A stretch of DNA of 64,000 nucleotides from Amoebidium appalachense (GCA_963693365.1 CAVNZM010000011.1:4968639-5032638); one strand, 5' to 3'. Shown: positions 18,101-63,938, numbered from the stretch's first letter. Made by a program: numbers and translations. The notes: generated by a model from the letters alone, not told the origin.

Positions 18101-19223
18101 GCCGATTCATGCCAAAATTCATTGGGATGACACCAAAACGCTGCTTCAGGTCGAGGAGGGTGACGGTGCTGCCATGGGGGGGGGCAACCAGGTGGCGCGT
18201 GGTGCACCACAGCCGGACCCTGCACTGAGGGGCGACTACAAGTTCCTGGCGCAGAAGCAACATGTGGCCATCCCCTTCCTTCCGGTGCTTACCCCTCAGG
18301 AGCGCAAGCTATTCAGCACGCTGCTCCTGGGCACCTACAAGGCACATGCAAAGCCCAACGGCCAGCTGTTCGAGGCTTTGGCCCAAGACTTCAACAAGGC
18401 TGCCTCTGTGGCTGGGGGAATCTACATGAAGGATGCGGCCTACATCAAGAAGCATTTCGACAAGTGGAAGACCTGGCAGACGGCACATGCACAGCGCTCC
18501 ACACACGAGGGCCTGGCAGATCACCGCAAGCGTATGCGCGAGGAGAGGGCAGACGCTGTGCCAGCAACCATACGGCCTGCCCCCTTGCCACCCCTCCCTG
18601 TTCCAGACGGTGTCGATGCAGGGGCGCAGCGTGAGCGGCCCTTGCCCATGCTAGTGGGCAAAAAGCATCGCAACATTGGCCCTGAGGGGCCCCTGCAGAT
18701 GGATTTGCCGGTGCCCCCTCCTATGCAGCCACCCCAGAGAGCCCCCAAGACCTGCAAGACGTGTGGCCGCCAGGGCAAGGGCTGCCCCGGCTCCAATCGG
18801 GCCAAGAGCTGCCCACGTTGGGTTGCAGCCAATCAGGATGCCATGCCACCAGCACCCGCGCTTGACATGCAGCAGGGCCATGTGCCGCACATGCCCCCTG
18901 CACCCCATCCAGGCCCGCACCACCCACATGGCTGGCCCCCACCGTGGGGCATCATGCCGCCTCAGCCCGGCCCTGCCTTCCCCATGCCTGGGCTACTGCC
19001 GCAGCACGGTCCCCATCCTTACTTGGGCCATGTGGGCCAGCCCTCGGCTGGTGGGCAGTTCCCACCCCCTTCTCGTGCATCTGCTGTGCTGGGCCTGGCG
19101 TTGCCACCTGCTGGAGAGACGCAGCTGCAATGGCACGATCGAAAGCAAAGTAATCGTGGCCGCAAGTCTGCAGGCAGCCAATCAGGATCTCAGAGTAGTC
19201 AGAGTAGCCAAACTAGTGTCTAA
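18101..19223 (+). CDS. Large terminal exon of an uncharacterised, possibly transposon-borne protein with a CxxC..C..C zinc-knuckle and Pro-rich tail; upstream exons not found
   Basis: Acceptor ttattattag at 18100, then an open frame PIHAKIHWDD...PFLPVLTPQERKLF...GIYMKDAAYIKKHFDKW...KTCKTCGRQGKGCPGSNRAKSC...* (stop 19223); GC-rich and microsatellite-free. Confidence 0.6.
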
Positions 19224-19309
19224 TATTGGAATGTACACCAATGTAACGGATCTCATATGTGTTGTAGTGCTTCAAGTTATACCTGTTCTTCGTACAGTCA
19301 TGTTAGGGG

Positions 19310-19341
<32 letters not shown>

Positions 19342-19668
19342 GCTAGCTTTCATTCCGAAGTTTACTGTAAAGAATTAAAATTTAGAATCTGAGTAATAGT
19401 ACAGAGCCTTTGCACTTTTCTCTGTTTGTTAGGAATTCTTTGTGATCGAGAGTATGGTGTGTTAGACTATTGGTGTTAATGTGTCCTGGAAGGTGTATAA
19501 TGTCTGCTGGCCGTAGTCAGTATCTATTTTTAGGTATATAGTATATTTTTAAATGTTGGCCGCTGGCCAATAAATAGCAAATAATAAACACACGATAAAG
19601 TCAACAGCGTGCCAAAAAACTAATCCCCAGCGAGCGCACCCAGTGATGTGTGTGTGTGTGTGTGTGTC

Positions 19669-19734
<66 letters not shown>

Positions 19735-21059
19735 CGCGCGTGCGTGCGTGTGTGTGTGTGTGTGCGTGCGTGCGTGCGTGTGTGCGTGTGTGCGTGTGTG
19801 CGTGTGTGCGTGTGTGTGTGTGAGTGTGTGTGTGTGTGTGTGTATGTGTGGTGTGGTGTGTGCGCGGCTTGTACATATGTACGTGTTCATGTGCACCTGT
19901 GTCGGACCTACGAAGTACATGAAAGTAAATTTTGACAGCATCGATCTGCCGGTGTGTATGTGTATGTGTGCCAGTGCAGCAGGTGTGCCTTGTAACTGAT
20001 AGCTTCGCATTTTACGTGTGTGTATATATAGTAGTACGCATAGACACTTGCTGATCATTCGGATCGACATTAATATTTAATCTGTCGGTCCTCGGTTTTT
20101 TGAGTGAATGATGATCAAGTGTAAGAGCATTCACTTGGCAAGTATTAATGTTGCAGAGGCTAGCTGCAGCTGCAAGCGTCGGGTGCACACTGACAATTGT
20201 CTTTTCAGCGAGTCTAACCTGCAGGCAGCAGCTGCACACATATAGGGTTGTTATCTTGCGGCACATGCACGGTGATCATTTCAGAGTAATAGAGTTCAGA
20301 GCAATGAAAATAATGAAAATAACTAAACTTTGTGACTACTTTAAAGTTGCTGAGATCATACGTGGTGCAAGCTGCACTATGAACACATGTATAGTGCTAG
20401 TAATTAATACATTTTTGTTGCCTTCTGCAGGGTTATCGTAGCTACGTCACGGCCTGCACTCAGGGGGGGAGGGGGGGGGGGAGAGGGGGGATGATTCGAA
20501 GGGGGTATAAATAAGAACATGCACCTAAAGGTCTTTCCCGTGGATCCTCCCCCCTCCCCCCCCCACCTCTCCCTCCCCCGGGGCCCCATACTATGATATC
20601 TAGGCCCAATATTATATGCCCCTTCCCCCCCCCCCCCCCCTCCTCTCCGGATCCCCGGACCCCACTTCCCTACCCGGAGGCTCAAGAGCTCCCCCCTTCC
20701 CCTTCCCCCCCCCCTCCCCCCCCCCCCCCCCAAGGCTTACGGGGGCCCTTCTTCATCGAGGGGGAGGGGGTGGGGGTGGGGGGGGGGTGGGGGGAGGGGG
20801 GTGGGGGGAGGGGAAGTGGAAGGCGGGGGTGGATGCATGTCAGCCTAGGTGAATTCAATTGTTTAACTCCAGTGTGCAGGACTGGTCTGAAGGCTTAAGA
20901 AAACAACGAGGAAATGGGGTCCAGTGGAGGTGGTGGTGGTGTTCTGTGTGTGTGTGTACACGTGCACGTATGTGTGTGGTTTTTTTAAGGGGTGAGTGGT
21001 GGTGGTGGTGGTGGTGGTGGTCACCGTGGTGGTGGTGTGTGTGTCTGGTGTGTGTGTGT

Positions 21060-21105
<46 letters not shown>

Positions 21106-22573
21106 TAGAAAGAAAAACTGCTCGTGGGTCACTGTTTTTCGTCACTGTATTTGTAACGGGCCGCTCATATTTATATAACTACTTTAATTTAAGTACACGT
21201 GTTCATTATCATATACGATGGCCAAATATAGAAATTTTGGCGTCGAAGTTCTTGGAGCTAAAAAAACGTTTAAAAGGGGGAAATAATAGCTTGGCCCCAA
21301 ATTTACCTTGCCGTTTTTAGCGAATGTATTTTTTATTCATGAGTTCTAGTGATTCAGTGAGTGCACGTGCCTGCCTCAGGCTGATCATGACAACTGCAAC
21401 ACACCATTCCTACATGGATATCAACCAAAAGAAAATAGTATATACTGTGGTGGTCTCCTAAACCTTGTGCGGCATGCGCATACATGATATTACAGTGACG
21501 CATGTGCATATTATTGTTCTGTACACCGGAGTGTGCCGGTGCACGTGGCTGTTTTGTGCACATGTTACAATAGCAGCACGATCTCCCTAAACTCCATGTT
21601 TACACATCCCTCACCCTGGCTCTGCCTTGTCGGTGCTCCAAAACACACATACAAATCCCCCTAGACTCAGTGCCTGCACATGGTCGCATTCACGTGCAGG
21701 TCACGTGACACATGCGATGCCATACTGCCGTCTACAGCAACAACCACGGCAGCATGTATACCGGCCCAGCACGAAATATACTTATCGGCAGCCCACTGAA
21801 CTCGCCCATTTTCTCTTTTTCATGTATGTCCCTCCTTTTTTGTAAAATCACCCTTTTTGGCCTCCCGGTAGTGGATTTTGCAGGATTTGACTTCTTTGAG
21901 GTCCAAAAACCTCAAATTTTCCCCGGCGGGGCCGGGGAGGGAGAATTCAAAAATTGCCCGCTCCTGATATGGTACCCGGGCCGAATTGGGTCATATATAC
22001 TTTGAAGGCACGGTAATTCTCTGTCGGGTCTGACCCGATCCGGATTTTCTAAAAGAAATCAACTGGACCCGAAACCCGGCATCGCGATCAAACTAATGGC
22101 AACACATTGTTAGCTTGAACTTTAAATTTATTATAATGTTTCCACCTTTAACACGTTCACATGTTCATGTTGGCCTTAGACTATAGTTTCACCCCACCTT
22201 AAAGTTTGCCTATGGGAAAGTTTCAAGTATTAACACCGAATTGCAGGGGACAGTGTTCATTCGACGAACAGTACTATGCATAGTCATGCCATTGTCAATG
22301 AGTTTTCTCATCACCATTTGTATCTTTAATCATATCAGTGTAGCACTAATTTCTAGCTACACACCCACATGTTAAGAGTCTTGAAATAATTATGGAAGGC
22401 CACAGACAACCGCAAAAGACACACAAACGTTCAGGTGTAAAGTGCTATAAAAAAATAAATAATAAAAAAAAAAATTCTAGGCCGACGGTGACGCCGTGCG
22501 TGCATGCCAGGGTGTATGCAGCCATCGTAAGGATTTTTTTTTTTTGTTGTTGTTGTTGTTGTTGTGTACATGT

Positions 22574-22604
<31 letters not shown>

Positions 22605-22744
22605 GGGTAGAGAGATGAGGGATATGAAAGATATCCCAAAACGGGGGGGGGGGGGGAGAGGGGGGGATGTCATTGAATGATATCACAAAAAACGGCGTGC
22701 GGGGGGAGGGGGGGGGGGTTGAAGCCTGGTCAGTTGACCAAGAG

Positions 22745-33314
<10,570 letters not shown>

Positions 33315-33712
33315 TCTGCCTCAGACACGCGCTCACATAAGAAATAAGAGACAAAAAGCCGGGATTAAACGCCAAACTTGGAAACTATAACAAGTGTGTG
33401 TTGTGAATGTCTGAGATTAGGCAAGAAATCGAACGTCAAGCATGCCAACTTAGAGATCTATGTGATTGAGGTTAAAAAATTGCAGGTTTGAAGACGAGAG
33501 ATGGGACCTGATTTTTCGAGATTCCGGAACAATTTATATTGATGTTTCAGATGATCACCTACACCATTGATTTTATAACCCTACAAGGACATGTTAGGCT
33601 GAGCAAGTGGGCGAGATTATTGCAAACTTGAGAAAAGCAAACTGTCTGTGCGCCACACCCAAAAAAAATAACGGCAAGGCTTTATGGCCGTTTGTTTACC
33701 TTTGTTCTCGCG

Positions 33713-33770
33713 TGACGTCACAGTGAGATAGTCGTCATTTTGACGTCAGTGTTGCGTCATACTGACGTCA
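33713..33770. promoter_or_regulatory. Cluster of three CRE-type palindromes (TGACGTCA) ~400 bp upstream of NTA1
   Basis: TGACGTCA at 33713, 33741 and 33763. Function not shown. Confidence 0.4.
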
Positions 33771-33990
33771 TGCAACAACATACCTGATTCGATATATGGT
33801 GTTACCTCCATTTACAGAAATTGAGTGTTTGCCAAATATGGAACCTTGCAGAAATGCACACAAAGAGATTAACTATAAATATATACATAGACCAAACCCT
33901 TTAAGTGTCTGCCTTTCTGATAGTGTAAAAGCTATAAATACTGCTTGAAGAGCTGTACGTAATTATGGGGGGGGGGGGTCGGGGGGAGGG

Positions 33991-34034
<44 letters not shown>

Positions 34035-34437
34035 ATGCATGGCGTATGGCATGGTATGGTGTCTCTTGGGTCTCAGTGTAGTAGGCAATTTTCATCTTTT
34101 TTCTTTAAAAAAAAATTCTTTTCAATTTTCCCCCTGTGCGTGTGTGCGTACATGCCGTGCCACGCGTCTGTGTGTGCACGCGCTTGTGTACACGTGTGCG
34201 TGTGTTGGTGTGCGTGTGTGTTTGTTTGTGTGTGTGTGTGTGTGTGTGTGAGGGGGCGCGCAGCACGGTATTTGGCGCTCTGCACCCCTGGCAAACCTGC
34301 TTTGTGGCATGCTGATAACATTGAGCTTGAGCTGCCTGAACAAAACCAACTACCGGCTCGTAATCTAGATCACCTACCCGATCAGTGAGACACACACGGT
34401 CTGGGGAGAGGGGGGGGGGGGGGGGGCAGGGAAGGAG

Positions 34438-34468
<31 letters not shown>

Positions 34469-34894
34469 ATCCGGAGCGGGGGAGGGGGGGGGAGGGGGTT
34501 AAACCTCGTTACATACAAAGCACGGACTTCACACATTCACGTCGAACACAACGCAGATTTGGCAGGGCACATACACAAGAATGATGTATAATAATGCAAT
34601 ATATGCCTTACAAGCACTGAGAACCGGGAAGGTGCGGGGGGAGGGGGGGGGGGGGAAGGAGGGAGGGGGGAAGAGAGGAGGGTTGGGGCGGGGGGGGGGG
34701 GGGGGGGGGGGGGGGAGGGGGGGGGAAGGACCCGGAGAAGTGATTATTATGAGTACCATGGTTGGGTTCAAGAAACTTTAATACTCAGACTCGGCTAAGG
34801 TCGACACTCTACGTCTCCTGCAGGGCCACCTCATATTTACAGATTGCCACCAATAATTTGGGATAACTTTAGGAAGGGGGGAAGGGGAGAAGCA

Positions 34895-34967
<73 letters not shown>

Positions 34968-35630
34968 GGTATTTAGGTTCAGCACCATTATGATTATTGG
35001 GCCAAAAAATACTTCTCGAATAATTTGGAACTAATTGTAGGGAATTTTTTTAGGCAATTCTGTGCTGATTGTGTGTCCTAGGACTAGGCCTAAAGCATCA
35101 GTGAGTTCCCCCGTCTGCTTTAGGGTCATCTCGTTTTCAGGGGGAAAAAAAATTTTAAAATGATTTTTTCTGGGTCATCAGGGGCATCAGACAGGGCTAA
35201 TAATGGAGATATACTACAATTGCCATAGACACGACGAGATAGTTGCTTAGATAACTTCAGGAGATATCCAACGAGATATACCAAACACGAAAATTCAACC
35301 GTAGAATGAAACTTCAAGACTTTGCCCGATAGATTGTATTTGATAAAAGCCGTGATGGTAATTTTTAAATTCATCATGGTCTAATTATCTTAATTTAGGG
35401 GGGGTACCATAGCCTCGGGTTCTCAAATTCTACGGCCGTGTATGTGTGTGCTGGGGGGAGGGGGGAGGAGGTGAAGGGGGGGGGGGAGGGGGTCTTAGTG
35501 TTCTTGGAAATCCACCAGAAGTGGTAGACTCTGTTATCCCATTTCTCGGCCGGGGTGGAAATAGCAATATTCATCTTATTTTCATGTTATCTGGATTTCA
35601 GTAACCTCCTGCGGAAATTCTGTGACTATC

Positions 35631-36094
35631 TTAGAATATGTTGGGCATACCGACCCCGCTTTTGTCACCACTTTTTGCACCAGCGCTATCACCATGGTTA
35701 GGAGTCACCCTACTGAACAATGCTTTAACATCGCCAACCGTTATATCGTTAAAGGAGGGTCGGTCAGTGGCGTTTGGTGCCCATCTCTTTTCCATGAGCC
35801 CAAAAAATTATCCGGGAAGTCGGCGGGCCGTTGGGGGGGTCGGAAGGAACTCATGCCGGCGCCCAATAGCATCAGGTCTGTCGGAGGGAGATTGTCGAAT
35901 GGGGTGGCTCCTTTGGTGTACATCTCCCAAAGGATTATGCCGTACGAGTATACGTCAATGTGTAGGGATGGGTGCCACGGTAAGTGGTGGTGGTGTTCGG
36001 GGAGGGATTAGGGGAGAGGGAGGGAGGGAAAGGGGGGGAGAGGGGGGAGGGGGAGGGGGAGCGGTGGTGGTGGCGGAGAAAACAAAATGGGGGG

Positions 36095-36137
<43 letters not shown>

Positions 36138-37285
36138 GGAGGATGTGTATGCCATTTCATGCCCACATATTCTCACAAATCAGTCTGCCAGTCTCCACAG
36201 ACACATGTCACAATCGCACACCAGCACGACGTCGTGCACACACACACACACACGGCACACAGATATTGCACCACCATCTACCCATCACTACCAAACACCC
36301 CCCCCCCCCCCCCCCCCCCCCCCCTCCCCCCCCCACCACCACCACCACCATCACCACCACCGTCCACCACCAACTACATCCCCAACTTTAACCACCAAAC
36401 CCCTCCCCCCATCCCTCTCACCACCCTCCTAACCCCGTTAACCTCCCCCTCCCCCCCCCCCCCCCCCCCCCCCCCCCTCCCCCCGGCCCCCCACACGCTC
36501 ACACACACATGCATGCACGCCCGGCCACCCATCCGCAATGATTATTCCGCCCCCCCCCCCCCCCCCCCTCCCCTTCTCCTCCCCCCCCCCCCCCCCCCCC
36601 CCACACACACACACATACACACCTGGCCTCACTGTAAGCTCCCTGTGCCAGTGCCTCTGGTGCCATCCACCTCACCGGCAGCTGCCCCCCCCCCCCCCCC
36701 CCCCCCCCCTCTCCCTCTCTCCCATGGCAGCCAGTTGCTGGACCCCTCAGCCTGGGTGTCTGCTTGGGTGGTGTTTACAGCCATACCAAGGTCCCCAATC
36801 TGCCATATATGGTAAAAAAAGCGGTTAGAGCTCCGTAAATGGTGTACTGTTAACACCCCATAAATGGTAAAAAGAAAAAAGGTGGATAGCACCCGGGCCC
36901 ATAAATGGTGAAAAAAAGAGTGGTCAGAGCCATAAATGGTTTAACAGGCCCTCAGAACCCCTGCCACGGTGTGACTGAAGGTTAGTACCTAGTAACCTCG
37001 GCTACAAATCATTTTGTGTTACAACAGCAGAAAACTTACCATGAGTACAAATTGCTATGCAATTAGAAAACTTTGGCAAAGAGATTTCTATCGAAATTCT
37101 ATTCTAAATCCCGGAAAGCCGGAGTGTGCTATTTATCTTCAGGCACTTGGTGCTACGTTATTATGGCCCTCACTCTATGTCATATATTGGTGCCCTCCAA
37201 TCGCCGTAAGGAGAGATCTGGCTGGTTTTGAAGGGATACACACACACACACCCGCACACACACACACACACATACACGCCGTCAT

Positions 37286-37355
<70 letters not shown>

Positions 37356-37394
37356 GTCACACACATACAGACACCCACACACACTGACACACTA

Positions 37395-37433
<39 letters not shown>

Positions 37434-37950
37434 CAAAAACACACACACACACGCACACACACACAGACGCACACAGACACACACGCACACATCCACACAC
37501 ACACAAACATCCCCCCTCTCTCCCTCTCCCAACCCGTCCGCCGGACCCCCACCTTCCCCCCCTCCCCCTCCCCCCCCCCCCCCCCCCCCCACACACACAC
37601 ACAGGTTCACATACCTTCACCTCCGTATACGCTGCATCCGAGCCCCGTGTGCGCCTTAGCAAAATGCTGCGTGCGTCAACGTCCCGATGCATAATGCCCA
37701 TCCTCAGGGCATCCTGGCCAAAGCTCGAAGCCTATTGGCTGCCTCCTGCAGCGGTCATATTGATTGGTGGAAGATCACGGTGTGTAAACTACAGCTAGGG
37801 CCGTTTCCTTATGCGCATACTTTACTGATGTACTATGGGGTTTACGCTGTTTACTCGAGGCAAAGAGAGACCAGTCTCAGGTATGGGGGGGTTTTGCTCG
37901 GAATATCCCCTCCGCGGTATATCATGATCAAGTACATAGATGTCCGGTGA
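35631..37950 (-). pseudogene. Protein tyrosine kinase pseudogene (subdomains V-XI)
   Basis: MYLIMIYRGGD (~37935); EAANRLRALARM/GIMHRDVDARSILL...TEVK (37745-37615); IGDLGMA...QLPVRWMAPEALAQGAYSEA (36799-36623); DVYSYGIILWEMYTKGATPF...LMEKRWAPNATDRPSFNDI (~35957-35631). Lesions: 11-nt insertion, frameshifts in a G run and a T run, and an acceptor reading cat instead of cag. Confidence 0.82.
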
Positions 37951-38084
37951 TGATTATATATCAGGGTTTACTTTCTGTACGAGGCACCATAAAGACTAAG
38001 AAAACCAATTAGTTGGGTTCCCCGCTTTTTTTTTTTTTTTTTTTTTTTTTTTTCCGGGCTCCCCTAGGACACTCGGTATCAGCT

Positions 38085-38158
<74 letters not shown>

Positions 38159-38329
38159 AATTTAGTAATGATGTGTTTCTCAAGCCAATCAATACTTCTA
38201 ATAAACAGGTCATAGTTAACGTGTGTTTAGTATAAAATCAAGGATGTTGTAATTTTTCAGGTAGGCTATCTTTCTGGGTGTCTGTTGTGAATGTGTCGTG
38301 TGTGTGTTGCGGTATTATGTGGTCTATCA

Positions 38330-38700
38330 AACTACATTTGGCGATACATGATCGTTTAAACTGGTGTGTGTGTGTGTTGTTTGGGCATGTAAACGATGCC
38401 ACCTTATACTTATTAGATCTCCACTGTATTTAGAACGTGTACAGTAAAAGCGTGGTAAGTGCTCAATAATACCTTCAGCTAGAGAAAGACCAGTTCTACA
38501 GGAAGGCAATATGTATTTAGGTGTTATACATTTGCGAGTGCCATATTTGGCAATATGGTTAAGGCGGTCATTATATATAAAACGATGCATAAGGCTTAGT
38601 TTTTCAAGGTGTCTGCTTTCATCGGGTCTAGTGTCGTGTTGTATCTTTTTCCATTTGTTATATTGTGTAATTATTTTGTGATTGTGTACATGTCTAATAA
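38330..38700 (-). mobile_element. Possible degenerate 3' fragment of a LINE (CR1/L2-like) ORF2
   Basis: Translation ..ESRHLEKLSLMHRFIYNDRL..KYG..TRSKY..IRWHRL.. loosely resembles the C-terminal RL..L.L.HRR...DL / R....WN.LP region of LINE ORF2. Weak, by eye. Confidence 0.3.
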
Positions 38701-39298
38701 TTAGATGGCAGTCCAAAGTCACACGCACACTTTTGCTGGGTTTATTTGTATTTGTGCCCGGGGAAGAAGGAGAGAGGGAGGAAAGGAAAGAGGGGAGAGG
38801 TGGGGAGGGGACAGGTCGGATAGAGAAGAGAGGGTGGGAGGGCAAATAATTGATTTAAGCGGCTGATGTGCTTATTGAATTTCAGCCCGAGATGGGATAC
38901 TCTAGCAGCTATTGGGACCAGACCATATATCGAGAGCGTTACAGGCCCAGGTTTACAACAGTTGTTAGATAGAAAGGAGGCAACTTCTACTTCAAGGAAA
39001 TTTACCAAGGGTTTGGTATTTTGTGCAACGATTATGGCGCTTGCCGGACCCCTGCGTGCCTGTGCAAGGTCCCGGGGTCACAGGGTGGGGGGGGGGGGGG
39101 GGGGGGGGGGGAGGGGGGGGGGGAGGGGGGGGGAGGGGGGGGGGGAGGGGGGGGAGTTAGCCGTCAGTTGGATGGCAGTTACTAATAACGGAGCCCCCTC
39201 CCCGGGCCCCCCCTCCCCCTGCCCCCTCCCCTCCCCTAGGCCTCCCCCCCCCCTCCCCTAGGCCTCCCCCCTCCCCCCTCCCCCCCCCCCTCCCCCCC

Positions 39299-39329
<31 letters not shown>

Positions 39330-39449
39330 CCACACACACACACATATGCCCCTGTAGAATACCAGAGCAGATTGATGCTACCAAAACGTTAAGGATGTAG
39401 GGCCGGATGTTGCTCAAAAACTCAATAAAATTAGAATTTTCGAGACTGT

Positions 39450-39480
<31 letters not shown>

Positions 39481-39900
39481 ACCCTTAAGCTTGCTCCGGC
39501 CCTTTTCGGCGGCCGCCTCGAAAAATTCCTTTTTAGTTTTCTATTTGTCGTAAGGCGCTGCATTTTCGGTACATACCACTGACCACAGTGTTCCGCAGGG
39601 CCGTGCCGAGGGTGTTGTAACCAAAAATTCAAACCCTCCCCCCCCCCCCCCCAAAAAAAAACTTTGAAAACAAAACAAAAAAGAAAACAACAACAAAAAA
39701 AAAAAAAAAAAACGTACACCTATAGTAATGACGTCATAGCTTCATGTGACGTAAGCTTTCGGTTCCGCTTGGTGAATGGGATGGATCGCGTAATCCGTGC
39801 CGGCGCACGTCTGCCCCGCGTCCTCGAGGATGTTGTAACTTGGTGTCACTCTTAGTCCTATAGGTAACCCAGTTCTCTACGTCAAGTCTTACAAGCAAAG

Positions 39901-42864
<2,964 letters not shown>

Positions 42865-44138
42865 GGCCGGGCTTATTTGGTTTTTTAAAATTTCCTGTTA
42901 TTTTAGCCTTAAAAGGCTTATGATGAAGGAAAATCATTGGAAGTGCATAGGTCAAGTGTAAACAAATGTGGTGTTGCTGTGAGCCTGTGCCGTGAAAAAC
43001 ACATTCACAAAGACACACACACAGAAGATACACATATTCACACACATTTGTGCGCACATGATGCATGCGTGACAAACACACGCACATGTGTGCATGCGTG
43101 CGTGCACGCGTGACAAACACGCACACACGCACACACACACAAACACAAACACACGTGTGCAAGCGAGCGCGCACACACAGATACACAGTGTTTCTTCTTT
43201 CCATCTTATTTCTTTGCCTAGGCGTATAGTGGCATTTCATTCCGACCTGCGTGGGACAGTAAGCTAATATATGTTTACGTTACATGTAGTTGTCAGAAAA
43301 TGCTGGGATATGTGCCAAACGTCACTTACGACTAATAAATAAAATCTAATGACCTGTTCATCATTCGTACTGTATGGTGCCTACGTAGAGTTGAGGTCAG
43401 TTATACAACACAAATACAATGAAACTCGGTGCTACACACCGTGTGTAGGTGTTTCAAAAATACCGATAATATACCAGGAATCTGATAAAATCCTGAAAGA
43501 TTCACAGGCATTTTCCCCGCCATCCCCCACAGCTCAGAAAGTTAAACTACAAGCGATTCTTGGTGCAATTTTGCCAGGCCAAGTTAGCAAGTTGAATCCC
43601 CCCCATACATACTTTCGCGATCGTAGGGGGCAAAAAAACATGGAACCAATTTTATTATGACAAGAGTAGACGAAAAAGGGTAAAAAATTGAAATACGCAC
43701 ATTAATTTTCCCTGCACAAAATATACGGAAAAAGAGAAAACAACCCGCGGGGGAATGTGTCGGCTTGCTATAGCAGGTGCAGAGTAGCCCATATTCTCAA
43801 GTCGTGGGATTTGGGCTTCATCAAACGTAACAATGTTCGCTGGAAAGTATGCATGGGTTACAACACAAAGAAATTTTCTCCCTGTCTTTATATTGTGTAT
43901 TACTTTGCAAATATGCTATACCAACATTCATGGATCAAATTCAATCATTATTAGATTTTCGGTTATCTCGAGAATCGCAACCAGCAAAAACACCAATGCA
44001 TTGCATGCCAATAGGTGCAAAGAAATTCACAAAACGTCGACGCCAACACACACCGGTTGCCGAGCCATTACCTATTCACATCATACTTTCAATTGCATTT
44101 TTTTCATTCGCGACTAATCCGTTATTTCCTTCATGAAT

Positions 44139-62262
<18,124 letters not shown>

Positions 62263-62439
62263 TCTATGAACAAATAGGATAAATAATGTAATCACATTAA
62301 ACACTTCACTCACAATATATAGCATCCATGTGTATGGGCAAGAAGGAAGAAATGCAAAGCAGGGAAACATACAAAAACCGGAAAATCGGGGTATCTAATA
62401 TTATCGGTCGTCTAATCTCCATCGCTGCCAAAGTCATCG

Positions 62440-62521
62440 GATGCCGTGGCCGAGCGGTTAAGGCGATAGACTAGAAATCTATTGGGCTATGCCCGCGCAG
62501 GTTCGAGTCCTGCCGGCATCG
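62440..62521 (+). tRNA. tRNA-Ser (anticodon AGA), intronless
   Basis: Acceptor stem GATGCCG/CGGCATC plus G; D arm TGGCCGAGCGGTTAAGGC; anticodon arm ATAGA-CTAGAAA-TCTAT; long variable arm GGGCTATGCCC; GTTCGAGTCC T loop. Confidence 0.96.
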
Positions 62522-62526
62522 TAATC

Positions 62527-62550
62527 TTTTTTTTCTTTTTTTTTTTTTTC
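62527..62550 (+). terminator. Pol III oligo-T terminator
   Basis: T runs begin about 5 nt after the tRNA 3' end. Confidence 0.75.
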
Positions 62551-62877
62551 CTTTTTTCTTTTTCCCCTTTTGATTTTCTTGGCATCTCCATACCATTCAG
62601 GTTCGAACCCCAGCAGCAACATCGCTTTTTTTTTTTTTTGCCCGCTCCCAACCACCCCCCCCCCCCCCCCCCCCCCACACACACACCAAAAAATATATAC
62701 ATGCCCTTTTATCTCCGCCCGTTTGTCTCCGTTTCAGCCTCCAATAAGTCTGAATCATCCCCCACAATTGCAATGGGTACACAAAGGTTTCAAGAATGTG
62801 GTACACAGTAAAACAAAATACAAAATAAAAAGGGTAACATGGTGCAGGGAATGCAAACAAGAAGTGGAGAAAAAAAG

Positions 62878-62964
<87 letters not shown>

Positions 62965-63022
62965 TTTCTGTCTTTTTTTTTTTTTTTTTGGAGCGGAGGG
63001 GGGGGGGGGAGGGGAGGGGGAG

Positions 63023-63056
<34 letters not shown>

Positions 63057-63302
63057 CTTGCATACCCACTGACTGCTGTGGCCACACCACTCCAAGCAGC
63101 CTCCTGATGTGACGTCATAGCAGTGCCCAGTCCCTCCTTGACTGCCAAAAATAGCGCCTGTGGTATGTTCAAAATTAGCGTGAGTTTTAATGGATACTTT
63201 AATAGCTGATGTTTTGCTTGTTTTTAGTACCGTATTGATCGATATGCTTCAGAGCACCATTTCAGCAGTTACCAACGGCGCAAATGGAGAGAGAAGGGGG
63301 GA

Positions 63303-63338
<36 letters not shown>

Positions 63339-63679
63339 ATCAGAGATCTATATGTTGATTTTGCAATGGTTGCATTTTCCTACTTTTTTTATAGTTTTTA
63401 TGGAACCTTGATACATTGGAAAGCTCTAACATCAGTTTTTCAGTAATCCCAATCGTTGCCTAGCAATGCAATGCTAGCTAGAGGAACTAACACAAAAATT
63501 CCGCATGAACCTTAACTTCACTTTCTCTCTACCACCCTTACATCATCAACTAAAATCAGTGAGGTAAGGCTGAAAAGTGCAAATAAAAAAAAGCTGACAT
63601 TGGAAATTGGCAGATAGGAGTGGGTTAGGAACTTTTGGAGCGACCCGGGAGTGAAGAAAGGGAGATGAGAGGGAGAAGA

Positions 63680-63722
<43 letters not shown>

Positions 63723-63739
63723 GGGGAGAAGGGGGATGA

Positions 63740-63902
63740 TTAGAATGCACTACAAGTACAAGTCATACATTTACGACAGACAACATAATGCAATCATGCA
63801 GATTGCAAAGCCCACACAAAGAGTATGTATCATAAGCAGAGCCATCTTCAGAGGTGCCCAAGTCATCCATAGAACTCGAGCTTCGACCAATTCATCTAAA
63901 CG

Positions 63903-63938
<36 letters not shown>

